Shown in pieces: positions 31,427 through 41,774 of a stretch of 64,000 nucleotides of DNA. The stretch covers positions 2,208,001 through 2,272,000 of the forward strand of contig OY970393.1 in NCBI GenBank assembly GCA_963720465.1. The letters are read 5' to 3'. The notes under the pieces are model-generated. The model had not been told where the DNA came from and made no database searches. It saw only the letters and a list, made by a program, of their open reading frames with translations. How positions within the stretch are numbered: position 1 is the first letter of the stretch; every line of letters begins with the position of its first letter. Source of the stretch: Methanobacteriota archaeon. GTDB lineage: Archaea > Halobacteriota > Bog-38 > Methanoflorentales > Methanoflorentaceae. The position numbers and the translations under genes are program-made.

Positions 31427-31884
31427 CGTACGCCGTTGTCAAGATGCGTGGGACGGCAAAGACAAAACCCGACGTGCGGCGCACGCTCGAGTTATTAAAT
31501 CTCAGTAGGACTAATCACTGCGTTCTCGTCGAGGACAACGTGCATTATAACGGCATGCTCCAAAAGGTCAAAGATTATGTAGCTTGGGGCACCATCGACG
31601 GTGAAACCCTCAGTGTGCTGCTTGAATTAAGGGGTGCGCTGGAGGGGCGTTCGAGACTCACTGACGCGCACGTCAAAGAACGCACCGATTTTGATGACAT
31701 ACACTCGCTTGCGACAGCAGTTGCCAGCGGAAAGGCGATGTTGCAGGATGTGCCTGACTTAAAGCCTGTGTTAAGGCTCCATCCGCCTCGCAAAGGTCAC
31801 AGGGGCATAAAAAAACCATTTCCTGAAGGTGTTCTTGGATTTCATGGCAGTGATATCAACGAATTACTTCTCAAAATGAGGTAG
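31423..31884 (+). CDS. rpl30: 50S ribosomal protein L30
   Basis: [21 protein letters not shown]. Confidence 0.97.
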   Translation: MTYAVVKMRGTAKTKPDVRRTLELLNLSRTNHCVLVEDNVHYNGMLQKVKDYVAWGTIDGETLSVLLELRGALEGRSRLTDAHVKERTDFDDIHSLATAVASGKAMLQDVPDLKPVLRLHPPRKGHRGIKKPFPEGVLGFHGSDINELLLKMR

Positions 31885-31887
31885 ACA

Positions 31888-32316
31888 ATGGGTGGCAAGA
31901 ACAAGGCCAAGAAGTTTCGAGGAAGTCGCACGTGTGGCGGCGGCACTCATAAGAACCGCCGCGGAGCAGGAAGCCGAGGAGGCCGTGGTCACGCAGGCGG
32001 CTGCAAGCACCATTTTGTAAGGGAGCTTTTGCTTGGCCGCGGCTATGGCAATTATGGGTTCGCAAGGCCACAAAAGGTGCTCAATTACCCGACAGTGATT
32101 GACATAGGCGCTCTAGACGAAACCGCTGAGCAACTTGTGGAAGTCAAGCAGGCTAGGGTGCGCACCGGCAAGTATTACATCACGCTCGATGTCGACAAAG
32201 TGCTAGGAAAGGGCCGCGTAACTAAGCCGCTTGTCGTAACAGCAAGAAGTTTTTCGAAACGGGCGCAAGAGAAGTTGGAATCAGCAGGCGGGAAAGCAAA
32301 AATCGCAGAGCCATGA
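31888..32316 (+). CDS. rpl15: 50S ribosomal protein L15
   Basis: [25 protein letters not shown]. Confidence 0.97.
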   Translation: MGGKNKAKKFRGSRTCGGGTHKNRRGAGSRGGRGHAGGCKHHFVRELLLGRGYGNYGFARPQKVLNYPTVIDIGALDETAEQLVEVKQARVRTGKYYITLDVDKVLGKGRVTKPLVVTARSFSKRAQEKLESAGGKAKIAEP

Positions 32317-32363
32317 CCTCTTGAGCCAGTTATCGACAAGCAATCAGTTCAGCGCAGTGAATC

Positions 32364-33821
32364 ATGAGCGAGCACCCAACGATAGACAGAATTGAGCCTT
32401 TCCTGCAGAAACTTCCTGCAATCTCTAAGCCCGAAGGGCACGTGCACTTCAGACGGAAGCTCACGTGGACGATTGGCGTTCTGGTCATATACTTCGTTTT
32501 AACAAACGTCCGCATTTTTGGACTTTCGCCTGCGTCAGTGGATCTTTTCAGTTACTACCGCGCCATAATGGCCGGAAGCCAAGGCTCCCTCGTTCAGCTC
32601 GGCATTGGTCCGATCGTGACCGCGTCGATTATACTGCAGCTCTTCAAGGGCGCGGACATCATAAAGCTTGACACGAGCGATCCTCGAGACCAATCAGTCT
32701 ACCAGCAGCTGCAGAAGTTTCTGATCTTCATCATGATTGTCGTTGAAGCCGCGCCGCAAGTGCTTGGCGGTTTTCTCCTACCCGACCCGGCTGTCGCTGC
32801 TTCCACCGGTTTGGGACTTCACGGCATTTCCTTGCTTATATTTATCCAAGTGTGCATAGGCGGCGTGCTCGTGCTATTCCTGGATGAAATTGTGAGTAAA
32901 TGGGGAATTGGCTCTGGAGTCGGTATGTTTATCGTGGCCGGAGTTGCCCAAGGCCTGGTAACTGGAACCATCAATTGGACAACTAATCCTACGACCGGAT
33001 TGCCGGTGGGGTGGATCCCAGGCTTCGTTCAAATCTTCCAGACCTTCACGGTCCAGCAACTGCTTAGCGCTCAAGGAATCATATTCCTGCTTAATCAGGG
33101 CCAAATTTTGGCCATAATAAGCACGGTGGCCATATTCGCGGTTGTTGTCTACGTTGAAACCACGCGCATAGAGATCCCTCTGGGGCACAGTTCCGTACGA
33201 GGCGCGCGAGGCAGATTCCCAATAAAGCTCGTCTACGCGAGCGTGTTGCCGCTGATACTAGTGCGGGCGCTTCAGGCGAACATTCAGATGATTGGCATCC
33301 TTCTTTACAACGCAGGGTTCACTTGGGTCGGAACGTATGTAAACAATACGCCGACAAGCGGGCTGATGTACTATTTGGCGCCAATCAGTGGCCCGAGTAA
33401 CTGGTTGCCGGGGGTAGGCCAGAACCCGGCGTGGCAAATCGCACTGCGCTCATCAATTGATATCTCCTTTATGGTCATCGGAGGAATCATATTTGCCCTT
33501 TTCTGGGTGGAGACTACCGGCATGGGCCCAAAGGCCGTTTCAGAGCAAATTCAAAGTTCTGGGATGTCTATCCCCGGCTTCCGCCGCGATCCCAAAATTA
33601 TTGAACGCGTTATGAACCGGTACATTCCGAAAGTAACCATAATAGGAGGCGCTTTTATAGGGTTATTGGCGGTCGTTGCGGGTTTTTTGGGAACCATAGG
33701 AAATGTGGGGGGCACTGCGTTGCTCCTCGCGGTGAGCATTACGTATACGCTGTACGAGCAGCTTGCCAATGAAGAAGTGATGGAGATGCACCCGATGCTG
33801 CGCGGCTTCTTGGGAGAGTAG
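32364..33821 (+). CDS. secY: Preprotein translocase subunit SecY
   Basis: LGIGPIVTASIILQL, KWGIGSG, IPGFRRD, GTALLL. Confidence 0.98.
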   Translation: MSEHPTIDRIEPFLQKLPAISKPEGHVHFRRKLTWTIGVLVIYFVLTNVRIFGLSPASVDLFSYYRAIMAGSQGSLVQLGIGPIVTASIILQLFKGADIIKLDTSDPRDQSVYQQLQKFLIFIMIVVEAAPQVLGGFLLPDPAVAASTGLGLHGISLLIFIQVCIGGVLVLFLDEIVSKWGIGSGVGMFIVAGVAQGLVTGTINWTTNPTTGLPVGWIPGFVQIFQTFTVQQLLSAQGIIFLLNQGQILAIISTVAIFAVVVYVETTRIEIPLGHSSVRGARGRFPIKLVYASVLPLILVRALQANIQMIGILLYNAGFTWVGTYVNNTPTSGLMYYLAPISGPSNWLPGVGQNPAWQIALRSSIDISFMVIGGIIFALFWVETTGMGPKAVSEQIQSSGMSIPGFRRDPKIIERVMNRYIPKVTIIGGAFIGLLAVVAGFLGTIGNVGGTALLLAVSITYTLYEQLANEEVMEMHPMLRGFLGE

Positions 33822-33995
33822 CTTCTCTAACGCTCAGATTGACTCTTGACTTCCAAGCTAAGCTAACTTTTTTTTGCGCGTCAGAGGGAGTTTGGATCGT
33901 AGCAGCGGCTTTGATGGGCGAAGCCGCGCCCTGTACGATTGCGTAAGTTAAAGTAGGATGGTTGGGATAGTTCGGTACACAAATCGGGGCAACGG

Positions 33996-34574
33996 ATGCG
34001 GAAAGTGGTAATTCTAACAGGAGTTCCAGCAAGCGGCGGGACGACGGTTACAAAAAAAGCAATTGAACGGTTGGAGGCACGCGGCCAGCCGTTCAAAATG
34101 GTCACCTACAGCGACGTTATGTTAGATGAGGCGTTGCAGCGCCGATGGGTCAAGATGAGAGACGACATTCGAAAGCTCGATCCAGCTAGGCAGCGCGAGC
34201 TCCAAAAGACTGCGGCACGCGCGATATCAAAAATGGCCACCACGCCGCTTGTTGTTGACACACACGCAACGGTGCGAACGTCGCGCGGGTACCTTCCTGG
34301 TTTGCCTACGTGGGTTTTGGACGAACTTAAGCCCGAACTCATACTTATTGTCGAAACACGACCTAACGAAATTATTCGTCGCAGAAATGCTGACAAGTCA
34401 CGACAGCGCGATGCCCAAGATGCGATGGGTGTTCAGGAGCACCAGGAGATTAACAAGGCAATATGCATGGCGTACGCCGCTCACACCGGAGCAACGGTTA
34501 AGATACTGCAAAACCCCGACGGAAGGCTTGATGAGGCAGTCGCTGAACTGGTGGTCACTCTGCAGGAAGACTGA
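33996..34574 (+). CDS. adkA: Archaeal adenylate kinase
   Basis: TGVPASGGTT, VDTH, GYLPGLP. Confidence 0.95.
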   Translation: MRKVVILTGVPASGGTTVTKKAIERLEARGQPFKMVTYSDVMLDEALQRRWVKMRDDIRKLDPARQRELQKTAARAISKMATTPLVVDTHATVRTSRGYLPGLPTWVLDELKPELILIVETRPNEIIRRRNADKSRQRDAQDAMGVQEHQEINKAICMAYAAHTGATVKILQNPDGRLDEAVAELVVTLQED

Positions 34575-34604
34575 GTTCGTCGTGTGCTTAGCGGGTGTGC
34601 GATC

Positions 34605-35141
34605 GTGTTGCTTACCATCAGCGGATTTGCAGGCAGCGGCAAGACGACGGTAGCACGGGGTTTATCGCGGAAACTCGGCTATGCACACGTCTCAGCGGGA
34701 GATGCATTCAGGGAACTTGCGCGAGAGCGCGCGATGAGTCTCGAACAGCTGAGCAAGCTTGCGGAAACCGAACCGGAAATTGACAAGATGGTTGATCGAC
34801 GACAAGCCGAGCTCGCGCAGTCGTGTGAAGACGCGGTCGTCGACGGGAGGCTGTCGGGCTGGGTTCTCAAAGCTGACATCGCCGTTTGGCTTAAAGCGCC
34901 TCTGGAAGTGCGAGCAGAGCGAATAGCGGGAAGAGAAGGCAAGCTGCAGGCGGCTGCTCTCAACGAAACACGCCTGCGTGACAGCAGCGAGACTGTGCGA
35001 TATAGTACGTTTTATGATATCGATGTGACGACCCTAGACATCTATGATCTTGTGATAAATACGACGCACTGGGACCAATATGCTGTCATCGCTATCATCG
35101 CGCAGGCCGTTAAAGCGCACCGGAAAGTTGGCAAACGATGA
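34605..35141 (+). CDS. cmk: Cytidylate kinase
   Basis: ISGFAGSGKTT, SAGDAFRELA, DGRLSGW, YDLVINT. Confidence 0.93.
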   Translation: MLLTISGFAGSGKTTVARGLSRKLGYAHVSAGDAFRELARERAMSLEQLSKLAETEPEIDKMVDRRQAELAQSCEDAVVDGRLSGWVLKADIAVWLKAPLEVRAERIAGREGKLQAAALNETRLRDSSETVRYSTFYDIDVTTLDIYDLVINTTHWDQYAVIAIIAQAVKAHRKVGKR

Positions 35142-36055
35142 CGATTGCGCAGGAACGGACCATAGACGAGTTGATTCGAAAGGGCGTTATAAATCTCGAT
35201 AAGCCAGCCGGACCTACGAGTCACGAAGTGGCCGCGTGGGTAAAACGAATTTTGCGTATTAAGAAAGCGGGCCACATCGGAACGTTAGATCCTAAGGTCA
35301 CCGGAGTGCTCCCGATATTGTTGCAAGATGCGACAAAGGCAGTAGGGGCGCTCGTGAACCTGCCCAAGGAATACGTCTGTGTACTCCATCTGCATAAAAC
35401 GGTTCCCGAACCCTTGCTGCGAGACATGCTGGGGGAGTTTACAGGAGTCATATATCAGCGCCCGCCTCTTAAATCAGCGGTAAGGCGTCAAATTCGCAAA
35501 CGCGAGATTTTTTACATCGACGTGCTGGAACGGCAGGGGAACGACGTCCTCTTCAAAGTGGGATGTGAGGCCGGGACGTACATTCGCAAGCTGTGCCACG
35601 ACGTCGGTGAGGCACTAGGGGTGGGGGCGCACATGCAAGAGCTCCGCAGAACTAAGGCAGGTCCGTTTGATGAATCCAAGCTGAGCACATTACACGATTT
35701 GGCAGACGCATACCATTTTTGGATCGAAGATAACGATGAAGCTCCGCTGCGAGACATTATAATGCCAGTTGAGCGTGCGCTCAGCCACCTCCCAAAAATC
35801 ATCATCCGAGACACGGCCGTGGATGCTATTTGCCACGGGGCTCGACTCGCAGAACCTGGCGTTATATCGTTATCTGACGTTCACGCGAAACAGCTGGTTG
35901 GTATCTATACGACACGAGACGAGATTGTCGCTCTAGGCATCTCTGTACTCCAAGGCGGGGTCATCGCCGAAGTTAAAAGAGTAATGATGGAGCCTGGAAC
36001 GTATCCCCGCTATTGGAAGTCCAGAAGAATGCGCAAGTACGAAGAAGGCGCGTAA
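35138..36055 (+). CDS. cbf5: H/ACA RNA-guided pseudouridine synthase Cbf5
   Basis: DKPAGPTSHEV, GHIGTLDPKVTG, GTYIRKL, PUA tail. Confidence 0.96.
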   Translation: MTIAQERTIDELIRKGVINLDKPAGPTSHEVAAWVKRILRIKKAGHIGTLDPKVTGVLPILLQDATKAVGALVNLPKEYVCVLHLHKTVPEPLLRDMLGEFTGVIYQRPPLKSAVRRQIRKREIFYIDVLERQGNDVLFKVGCEAGTYIRKLCHDVGEALGVGAHMQELRRTKAGPFDESKLSTLHDLADAYHFWIEDNDEAPLRDIIMPVERALSHLPKIIIRDTAVDAICHGARLAEPGVISLSDVHAKQLVGIYTTRDEIVALGISVLQGGVIAEVKRVMMEPGTYPRYWKSRRMRKYEEGA

Positions 36056-36200
36056 CTCCCTTGTCGCTGCGTCGAGCGGCACGAACGCACGTGAGAAGCA
36101 ATGTTGACTTCAGTCAACAGGAGAGTTTCGTATGCGCCAGCGTTCGTTTCTTTGATGTCTCCCGACAAGCGATCATAATTTAACTTTTGCGGTTTCACTA

Positions 36201-36698
36201 ATGCCAATGAAGATATTCGCAGTATATGGATCCTCGAAATCAGGGAAGACCACTACCGTCGTTGAGATCCTAAAGGAGCTGCGAGTGCGCGGTTATTCAG
36301 TATCCACGATCAAGAACGTCCACGTGGAACACTTCGTCTTTGATGTTGTTGGAAAGGATACGTGGCGCCACTGGAAAGCTGGAGCCGAAGTAGTTGGCTT
36401 GCGGGCGCCAGACGAAAGTATCCTTATGATAAAGCGATCAGTGACGCTTGATGAGCTGATACGACATTTCAGCAGCGATTACTTGGTTCTTGAGGGATTT
36501 AGAGGCGCGAGTCTGCCGAAGATACTGTGTGCAACAGACGAAGAGCGCGTGGAAGATGAATTACAAAGCAACGTCTTTTGCATTTCGGGATTGGTGTCTG
36601 CGCACCTGTCGAACTATAAAGGCGTACCGGTGATCAACGCGCTTCTTAACGCCTCAGCGTTGGTAGATCTTGTGGAGCGCAAGAGCCTCAAGTTGTAG
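36201..36698 (+). CDS. mobB: Molybdopterin-guanine dinucleotide biosynthesis protein B
   Basis: GSSKSGKTT, GKDTWRHWKAGA, LEGF. Confidence 0.88.
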   Translation: MPMKIFAVYGSSKSGKTTTVVEILKELRVRGYSVSTIKNVHVEHFVFDVVGKDTWRHWKAGAEVVGLRAPDESILMIKRSVTLDELIRHFSSDYLVLEGFRGASLPKILCATDEERVEDELQSNVFCISGLVSAHLSNYKGVPVINALLNASALVDLVERKSLKL

Positions 36699-36709
36699 TT
36701 GAGTCATTT

Positions 36710-37324
36710 CTACTTTCGGTCGCCGACCGGGCTCGCTCTTCGAATTAGCCGACTTAGGTCGCTTCTCCTATTGATGTTGTAAAGTAGTGACTCATCGCGA
36801 ATGATAAACATCTGTTCTTTTTGTGATTGATCCAGGTGGCTTGCATCGACGATGTTAATGCCCGTAGGCACGAGCAACTTAGCGTCTGCTGCGAATGCGA
36901 GGTCAGGGGTTACATTGGCCTCATCGCAAAACTCGTAGGGGAGGTAGACGCCGAGTGCAGAACTCTCTGCGTTAGCGCGACTCTGGATAATCCGGTCGAT
37001 GAGACGATAGTCGATTAGGGGCAGATCAGCTGCGATGATGAGAACGGGACCTTGAAGGCCCAATCGGTTGCTCGCCCACGCGTAGTCCTGGATATATCCT
37101 TGCCCTGGCGCCCTTACGACCTGAATACTTGCTTCTCTTGCCCAGCGCGTCGTGCAAGGAGTTCTAGGAGAGGTTACCGTCACGACGCGTTCAATTTGCG
37201 ATTTGTTCAAGGCGGCGAATACGTGTTCGATGAGTGGCCTGCCTTTGAACTCCAAGAGCGGTTTTTCGACGCCGCCTAAGCCGAGCCGCTCTCCCTTACC
37301 GCCGGCCATGAGGAGCGCGAGCGT
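36710..37324 (-). CDS. cobY: Adenosylcobinamide-phosphate guanylyltransferase; first ATG at 37309, possible ACG start at 37324
   Basis: (L)ALLMAGGKGERL...EKPLL, ADLP, NIN..DL; next to cobS. Confidence 0.85.
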   Translation of the reverse strand, partial: TLALLMAGGKGERLGLGGVEKPLLEFKGRPLIEHVFAALNKSQIERVVTVTSPRTPCTTRWAREASIQVVRAPGQGYIQDYAWASNRLGLQGPVLIIAADLPLIDYRLIDRIIQSRANAESSALGVYLPYEFCDEANVTPDLAFAADAKLLVPTGINIVDASHLDQSQKEQMFIIRDESLLYNINRRSDLSRLIRRASPVGDRK

Positions 37325-37332
37325 GCTACCAC

Positions 37333-38079
37333 CTACAAGAAACTAATAGCAATAAGAGCAATCAAGCGCCCCAGCTCATTTGAAGATCCTATAACATCGC
37401 CATTTACTCCGCCGAACGCTTTATTGCCGAGCTTTACGAGTCCCAGCGATACAGCTAGGGGGGGCAACAAAACGAGCAGACCTCTCACGCCAAAACAGAG
37501 AACCGCTACCAGTGCCGCGAGAAGCAGTGCCACTACAAAGGTGAATATCCCACTGTTTTCGGTAAAACGGGATCCAAGTCCCTGGTGTGTGGCCTTTCCG
37601 AGCGAGGCGACTTCAACCATCGAAAGCTTCGCTGCGACTTCAGCGGTGATCAACGCGGGTAGCAACGCTGTGGGCTTGATAGATGCCACTGCAGAGAAGA
37701 GCAGCAGAAACGAGAGGACGCAAAACGCGATCCCTCCGACGCCGATGTATGGGTCTTTGATGACCCGAAGCCGTTCTTGCATTGTTCCGTGCTTGAGTAG
37801 TCCGTCGCCCACGTCAGCTAACCCATCAAGATGGATGAAACCTGTTAGCGCATAGAGGGCTACGAGCGTAAGTGCGGCGTGGACTAAGTTGCTCATGTGC
37901 GGTATGACGGTGAGCGCATAGCTGATCCCTCCGACCACGAGTCCGATGGCAGCTCCGACTAGAATATAAATCCACATGCGGCTGGCCAAGCTGTCGAGCG
38001 CTTCTTCATTGAATCCTACAGGAATCGTTGTCAAGAACCCGAAGCCAGACCGAATCGAGTCAAGGAGGCGTTGTGGCAT
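37333..38079 (-). CDS. cobS: Adenosylcobinamide-GDP ribazoletransferase
   Basis: FLTTIP, HLDGLADVGDG, FGGVNGDVIG. Confidence 0.95.
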   Translation of the reverse strand: MPQRLLDSIRSGFGFLTTIPVGFNEEALDSLASRMWIYILVGAAIGLVVGGISYALTVIPHMSNLVHAALTLVALYALTGFIHLDGLADVGDGLLKHGTMQERLRVIKDPYIGVGGIAFCVLSFLLLFSAVASIKPTALLPALITAEVAAKLSMVEVASLGKATHQGLGSRFTENSGIFTFVVALLLAALVAVLCFGVRGLLVLLPPLAVSLGLVKLGNKAFGGVNGDVIGSSNELGRLIALIAISFL

Positions 38080-38545
38080 CAGCAGCTCCTCTGTCGTACA
38101 TGTTAGCCGAAACGCCGCCTATCAGGCCGGCGACAATATCATCTAAGAATGGTCCGAGCGATTTGAGAACTCCAGGTTTGAGCTTGTCGAATCGGGCATA
38201 ATCGAAGTGCCCCTTGTAACCTCCAACGTACATCGATATTGCCATTCCCAACACTTCATCAGCTATCAAACAAGTCAAATCCTTTTCGTAGGAGACAGGA
38301 TCGAGGTTCGGGATACGGCCTTGCTGTGCGTCTCTTTCTAACGCTACTGCTGCATGCAAAAGGATCCACACGTTGGGATCAGCGAGAGCTCGCTGAAGCT
38401 CGCTCGAGAAAACATCCCTAGCACGCGCTTCTGTTTCGACCCCTGGATGTGGAACCCATAGCATCATAGCTGTATCGATGATATCATCGAGTGCGACACC
38501 CATTTCTTTCAACATTTCTTCTTTCATCATCACGACGCCTTCCAT
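38060..38545 (-). CDS. cobZ: Alpha-ribazole phosphatase CobZ (PgpA-like, Methanosarcina type)
   Basis: LADPNV, ADEVLG, FD..KPG...LGPFLDD. Confidence 0.85.
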   Translation of the reverse strand: MEGVVMMKEEMLKEMGVALDDIIDTAMMLWVPHPGVETEARARDVFSSELQRALADPNVWILLHAAVALERDAQQGRIPNLDPVSYEKDLTCLIADEVLGMAISMYVGGYKGHFDYARFDKLKPGVLKSLGPFLDDIVAGLIGGVSANMYDRGAADATTPP

Positions 38546-38700
38546 CTCAGGTTCGTGGCTTGAACCAAACCTTTCCAAAATGACTATCGGTGCGCCAGCG
38601 AAGGTTGAGAAACCGTGACAGCCGGTCCTTCTCGACTACGACACTTTCGACCTAGTTCCGACCGTTTGACTGAATCTCAAAAAATCGCGGCCTGGCCAAG

Positions 38701-39711
38701 CTATTTTGAAATTTCGACGAGCTCATCATCGTGTTGGACCCGTATTCCACGGCCAGAAATAGTACCGACTTGCTTGGAGCCGTTGCTGAGGCGTGCGATT
38801 CGTCTTACCTCACGCTGAGGCGCAATAATAGCAAAACCCATCCCCATGTTAAACGTTTTGTACATCTCTCGCACCTCAACGCCTTCCGCTTGAATCACGC
38901 CGAATATCTCTTGAGGCTCGAGAGGATCGGACAAGTCAAAGCCCAGCCGCGTAAGTCTTTTGAGATTGAGAAGGCCACCTCCGGTGATATGCGCCAATCC
39001 GTGCACCTCACAATTCGTATTAATGTCGAGGACCTCTGAGTAGATCCGCGTTGGCACGAGCAGTTCTTCGCCAAGCGTTCGCTCCATGCTTCCGTAACGC
39101 GTGTAAAGGCCGTATTTTGCCAGCAGTTTGCGCGCGAGCGTCAGACCGTTACTATGAATTCCGCTGCTTGGAATGCCGACAACAGCGTCTCCGTTCTCAA
39201 TCTTATGGCCGGTGACGAGGTCTTCTTTGGCGGCAATTCCTATGCAGCTGCCTGCCAAGTCGAACCCTCTCACGATATCTGGGAGGCTGGCGGTTTCGCC
39301 GCCGACTATGGACACGTTAGCTATCTTCGCCCCTTTTGCGAGCCCTTGCCCGATTTGATCAGCAATAGAAGGCTCAATGCTCTCCATTGCGAGGTAATCG
39401 ACAAAAGCGATGGGCTCTAAGCCCATTGCGTAAAGGTCGTTCACGTTCATTGCCATGCAATCGATTCCGATAGTCTTCCAGTTCCCCATTTCTGTTGCGA
39501 CGAGAACCTTCGATCCCACGCCGTCAGTCGTGATACCAATAATGAAATCGCCCATGTCCAGAAGTCCGGCGTAGGCGCCTTCGATGTTGATCGGACTTCC
39601 GCGTCCTTTCTTCTTGGTCGTAAAATGCTTCCGAAGGGCTTTTATTGCCTCTTCTTCAGCGCTGATGTCTACTCCTGATTCCGCGTATGTGCGGGGGTGC
39701 TGCGAATTCAT
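38701..39711 (-). CDS. purM: Phosphoribosylformylglycinamidine cyclo-ligase
   Basis: YAESGVDI, TDGVGSK, GGETA, SSGIHSNG, TFNMGMG. Confidence 0.97.
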   Translation of the reverse strand: MNSQHPRTYAESGVDISAEEEAIKALRKHFTTKKKGRGSPINIEGAYAGLLDMGDFIIGITTDGVGSKVLVATEMGNWKTIGIDCMAMNVNDLYAMGLEPIAFVDYLAMESIEPSIADQIGQGLAKGAKIANVSIVGGETASLPDIVRGFDLAGSCIGIAAKEDLVTGHKIENGDAVVGIPSSGIHSNGLTLARKLLAKYGLYTRYGSMERTLGEELLVPTRIYSEVLDINTNCEVHGLAHITGGGLLNLKRLTRLGFDLSDPLEPQEIFGVIQAEGVEVREMYKTFNMGMGFAIIAPQREVRRIARLSNGSKQVGTISGRGIRVQHDDELVEISK

Positions 39712-39921
39712 GATAAAACCTGTGCGTTAGGAAGTAGCTAGTTAAGTGAAGGTGCTCTACCTCGCGGGCCCAATCGGTCGTATGCGACGAGCGATGACTG
39801 TTCGTTTCTTCGAAGATCTGCGCTCGGGTAAAAGCAGTTAGGGTTTGTACCTTAAAAAAAGATCGTTGCAGCTCAGCAAAAACCGACTTGGTGATGGCGA
39901 TATTCCGCACATCTAGATGGG

Positions 39922-41337
39922 CTATTGCGGTTCCGAAAGCGAGAACTCCTCGTGAAGACTCTCCACAGCGCGACGCACTGAATCTCGTCTCAAAACGAAA
40001 GAGACGTTATGCTCGGTGGATCCTTGGCTGATCATGATGACGCTGACATTGATACTTCCCATGCGGCTGAAAATCCTGCCCACTATGCCCGGCGTTCCTG
40101 CCATTCGAGAGCCAACGACGGCTATTGCGCTCACGTCCTCGTTACACGAAATCTCTTTGATGACGTTGCTATTAAACTCATTCTCTAGCTCGTGCAGAGC
40201 ATTCAAGGCGCCGCTCAAATGTTGCTCCTCGACAAGCACTGATATGTTCGATTCACTCGATCCCTGACTTATCATAATGATATTAACGCCTGCGTCGGCA
40301 AGCTTCGCGAACACGTGGGCCGCGACGCCAATGGTCCCCGCCATTCCGGCGCCTGATAAGGTAACAAGAGCGACGTTGTTAACCGCCGTTACTGCTTTAA
40401 CGAGGCTTTCATCATTGGCGACCGTATGAACGATAGTTGTGTTCGCGCCGTTAGGGTTGAATGTGTTCTTTACACGCACGGGAATACCCTTAGTTACAGC
40501 CGGTTCAATTGTTTTCGGGTGTATAACCTTCGCTCCAAAATAAGAGAGCTCCATCGCCTCAGCGTAAGACACCTGTGGAAGCGTACGGGCGTTAGAAACG
40601 AGCTTAGGATCTGCGGTCATGATACCGTCAACGTCGGTCCAAATCCATATTTCGTCAGCTTCGACCGCGCTTCCGACGATTGATGCTGTATAGTCTGACC
40701 CGCCTCGGCCTAGGGTTGTGATGATGTTGTGAATGTTGTACGCGATAAAACCGGTGACGACCGGCACGATGCCCACCTTGAGAAGAGGCACAAGCCGCTC
40801 GTAGACTCGCTGTTCCGTGATTTCCGTAGGGCGCGCGCCACGGTGCTTACTATCGGTTATGATGCCCGCTTCTCCACCCGTCAAAAAGACTGACTGGACT
40901 TTGAGCGATTTCAGTGCGCCAGAGACGATCGGAGCAGACAGCCGCTCACCGAAAGACGAAACGTAATCATACGATCGGTCAGTGAGTTCGCCAAGGTGGT
41001 ATATACCTGTAAGCGCGTTTTTTAGCTCTTCTAGCCGGGTCTCTATCTCTGATATGACTTCGGTAATGATCATCTCATCTTCGATTGCGGCGTAAGTGGC
41101 GTCGAAATGCCTCTTAGCTACTAGGTGAACGAACTCTGCGACCTCGGTAATCTCGGCATATTCGCTGGTCAACCGCTCTGCTGTGGTTTGAAGCTCATCC
41201 GTCAAGCCAGACATCGCAGAAACAACGACAGCAATCTCGTTTCCCTCATCATAATAGCTTCGCACAAGCTCTCCGACCTGCCTCATCCTTGTGCCATCGG
41301 CGACCGATGTGCCGCCGAATTTCATCACGTATCTCAT
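39922..41337 (-). CDS. lysC: Aspartate kinase with two ACT domains
   Basis: KFGGTSV, TLGRGGSDYTA, WTDVDG, SQGSSE. Confidence 0.96.
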   Translation of the reverse strand: MRYVMKFGGTSVADGTRMRQVGELVRSYYDEGNEIAVVVSAMSGLTDELQTTAERLTSEYAEITEVAEFVHLVAKRHFDATYAAIEDEMIITEVISEIETRLEELKNALTGIYHLGELTDRSYDYVSSFGERLSAPIVSGALKSLKVQSVFLTGGEAGIITDSKHRGARPTEITEQRVYERLVPLLKVGIVPVVTGFIAYNIHNIITTLGRGGSDYTASIVGSAVEADEIWIWTDVDGIMTADPKLVSNARTLPQVSYAEAMELSYFGAKVIHPKTIEPAVTKGIPVRVKNTFNPNGANTTIVHTVANDESLVKAVTAVNNVALVTLSGAGMAGTIGVAAHVFAKLADAGVNIIMISQGSSESNISVLVEEQHLSGALNALHELENEFNSNVIKEISCNEDVSAIAVVGSRMAGTPGIVGRIFSRMGSINVSVIMISQGSTEHNVSFVLRRDSVRRAVESLHEEFSLSEPQ

Positions 41338-41774
41338 TTTACCTGAACCTTATGGGCTGCGTTTTAAGCTAAATATCCCGTTTGCTTGTATTAAAGCCTT
41401 CTGACAGAATGCCCGAGCTTCGAGGATACGACAAAAAGACTGTAGCAACAGAAATGGCCTGAAACTGGTGGTGTCAAGGTCGCCGTCTGAGCTCTCGGCA
41501 TTGTTGCCAGTACTCTTTTTTTTCAAAGGGCCCCATTCTCTCAATCGTCTTGGCACTGGTAACGTTCATTGATTCATTACGCTAAGCGCTCGGTATAAGG
41601 GACAGCTTCGCGTAAGCGGTTGCCGTCCTTGTTATACAGCCCGTTTTTTTATCTGCCTTTTTACGCACGTTGGACGCACCGCTGATCATCGTTTTTGTGT
41701 ATGGGATGCAACTCAGGAGCTTTTGCGTCTCCTTCGTGAGCTACGCCGGAGTTGAGGCGACACGAGAATCATTC

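Noticed and set aside
21016-36055. Many antisense and alternate-frame ORFs over the ribosomal operon
   Set aside because: Shadow ORFs of well-supported genes with no recognisable motifs.
39656-39910. 84-aa ORF between aspartate kinase and purM
   Set aside because: Overlaps the purM start and matches no family I recognise.
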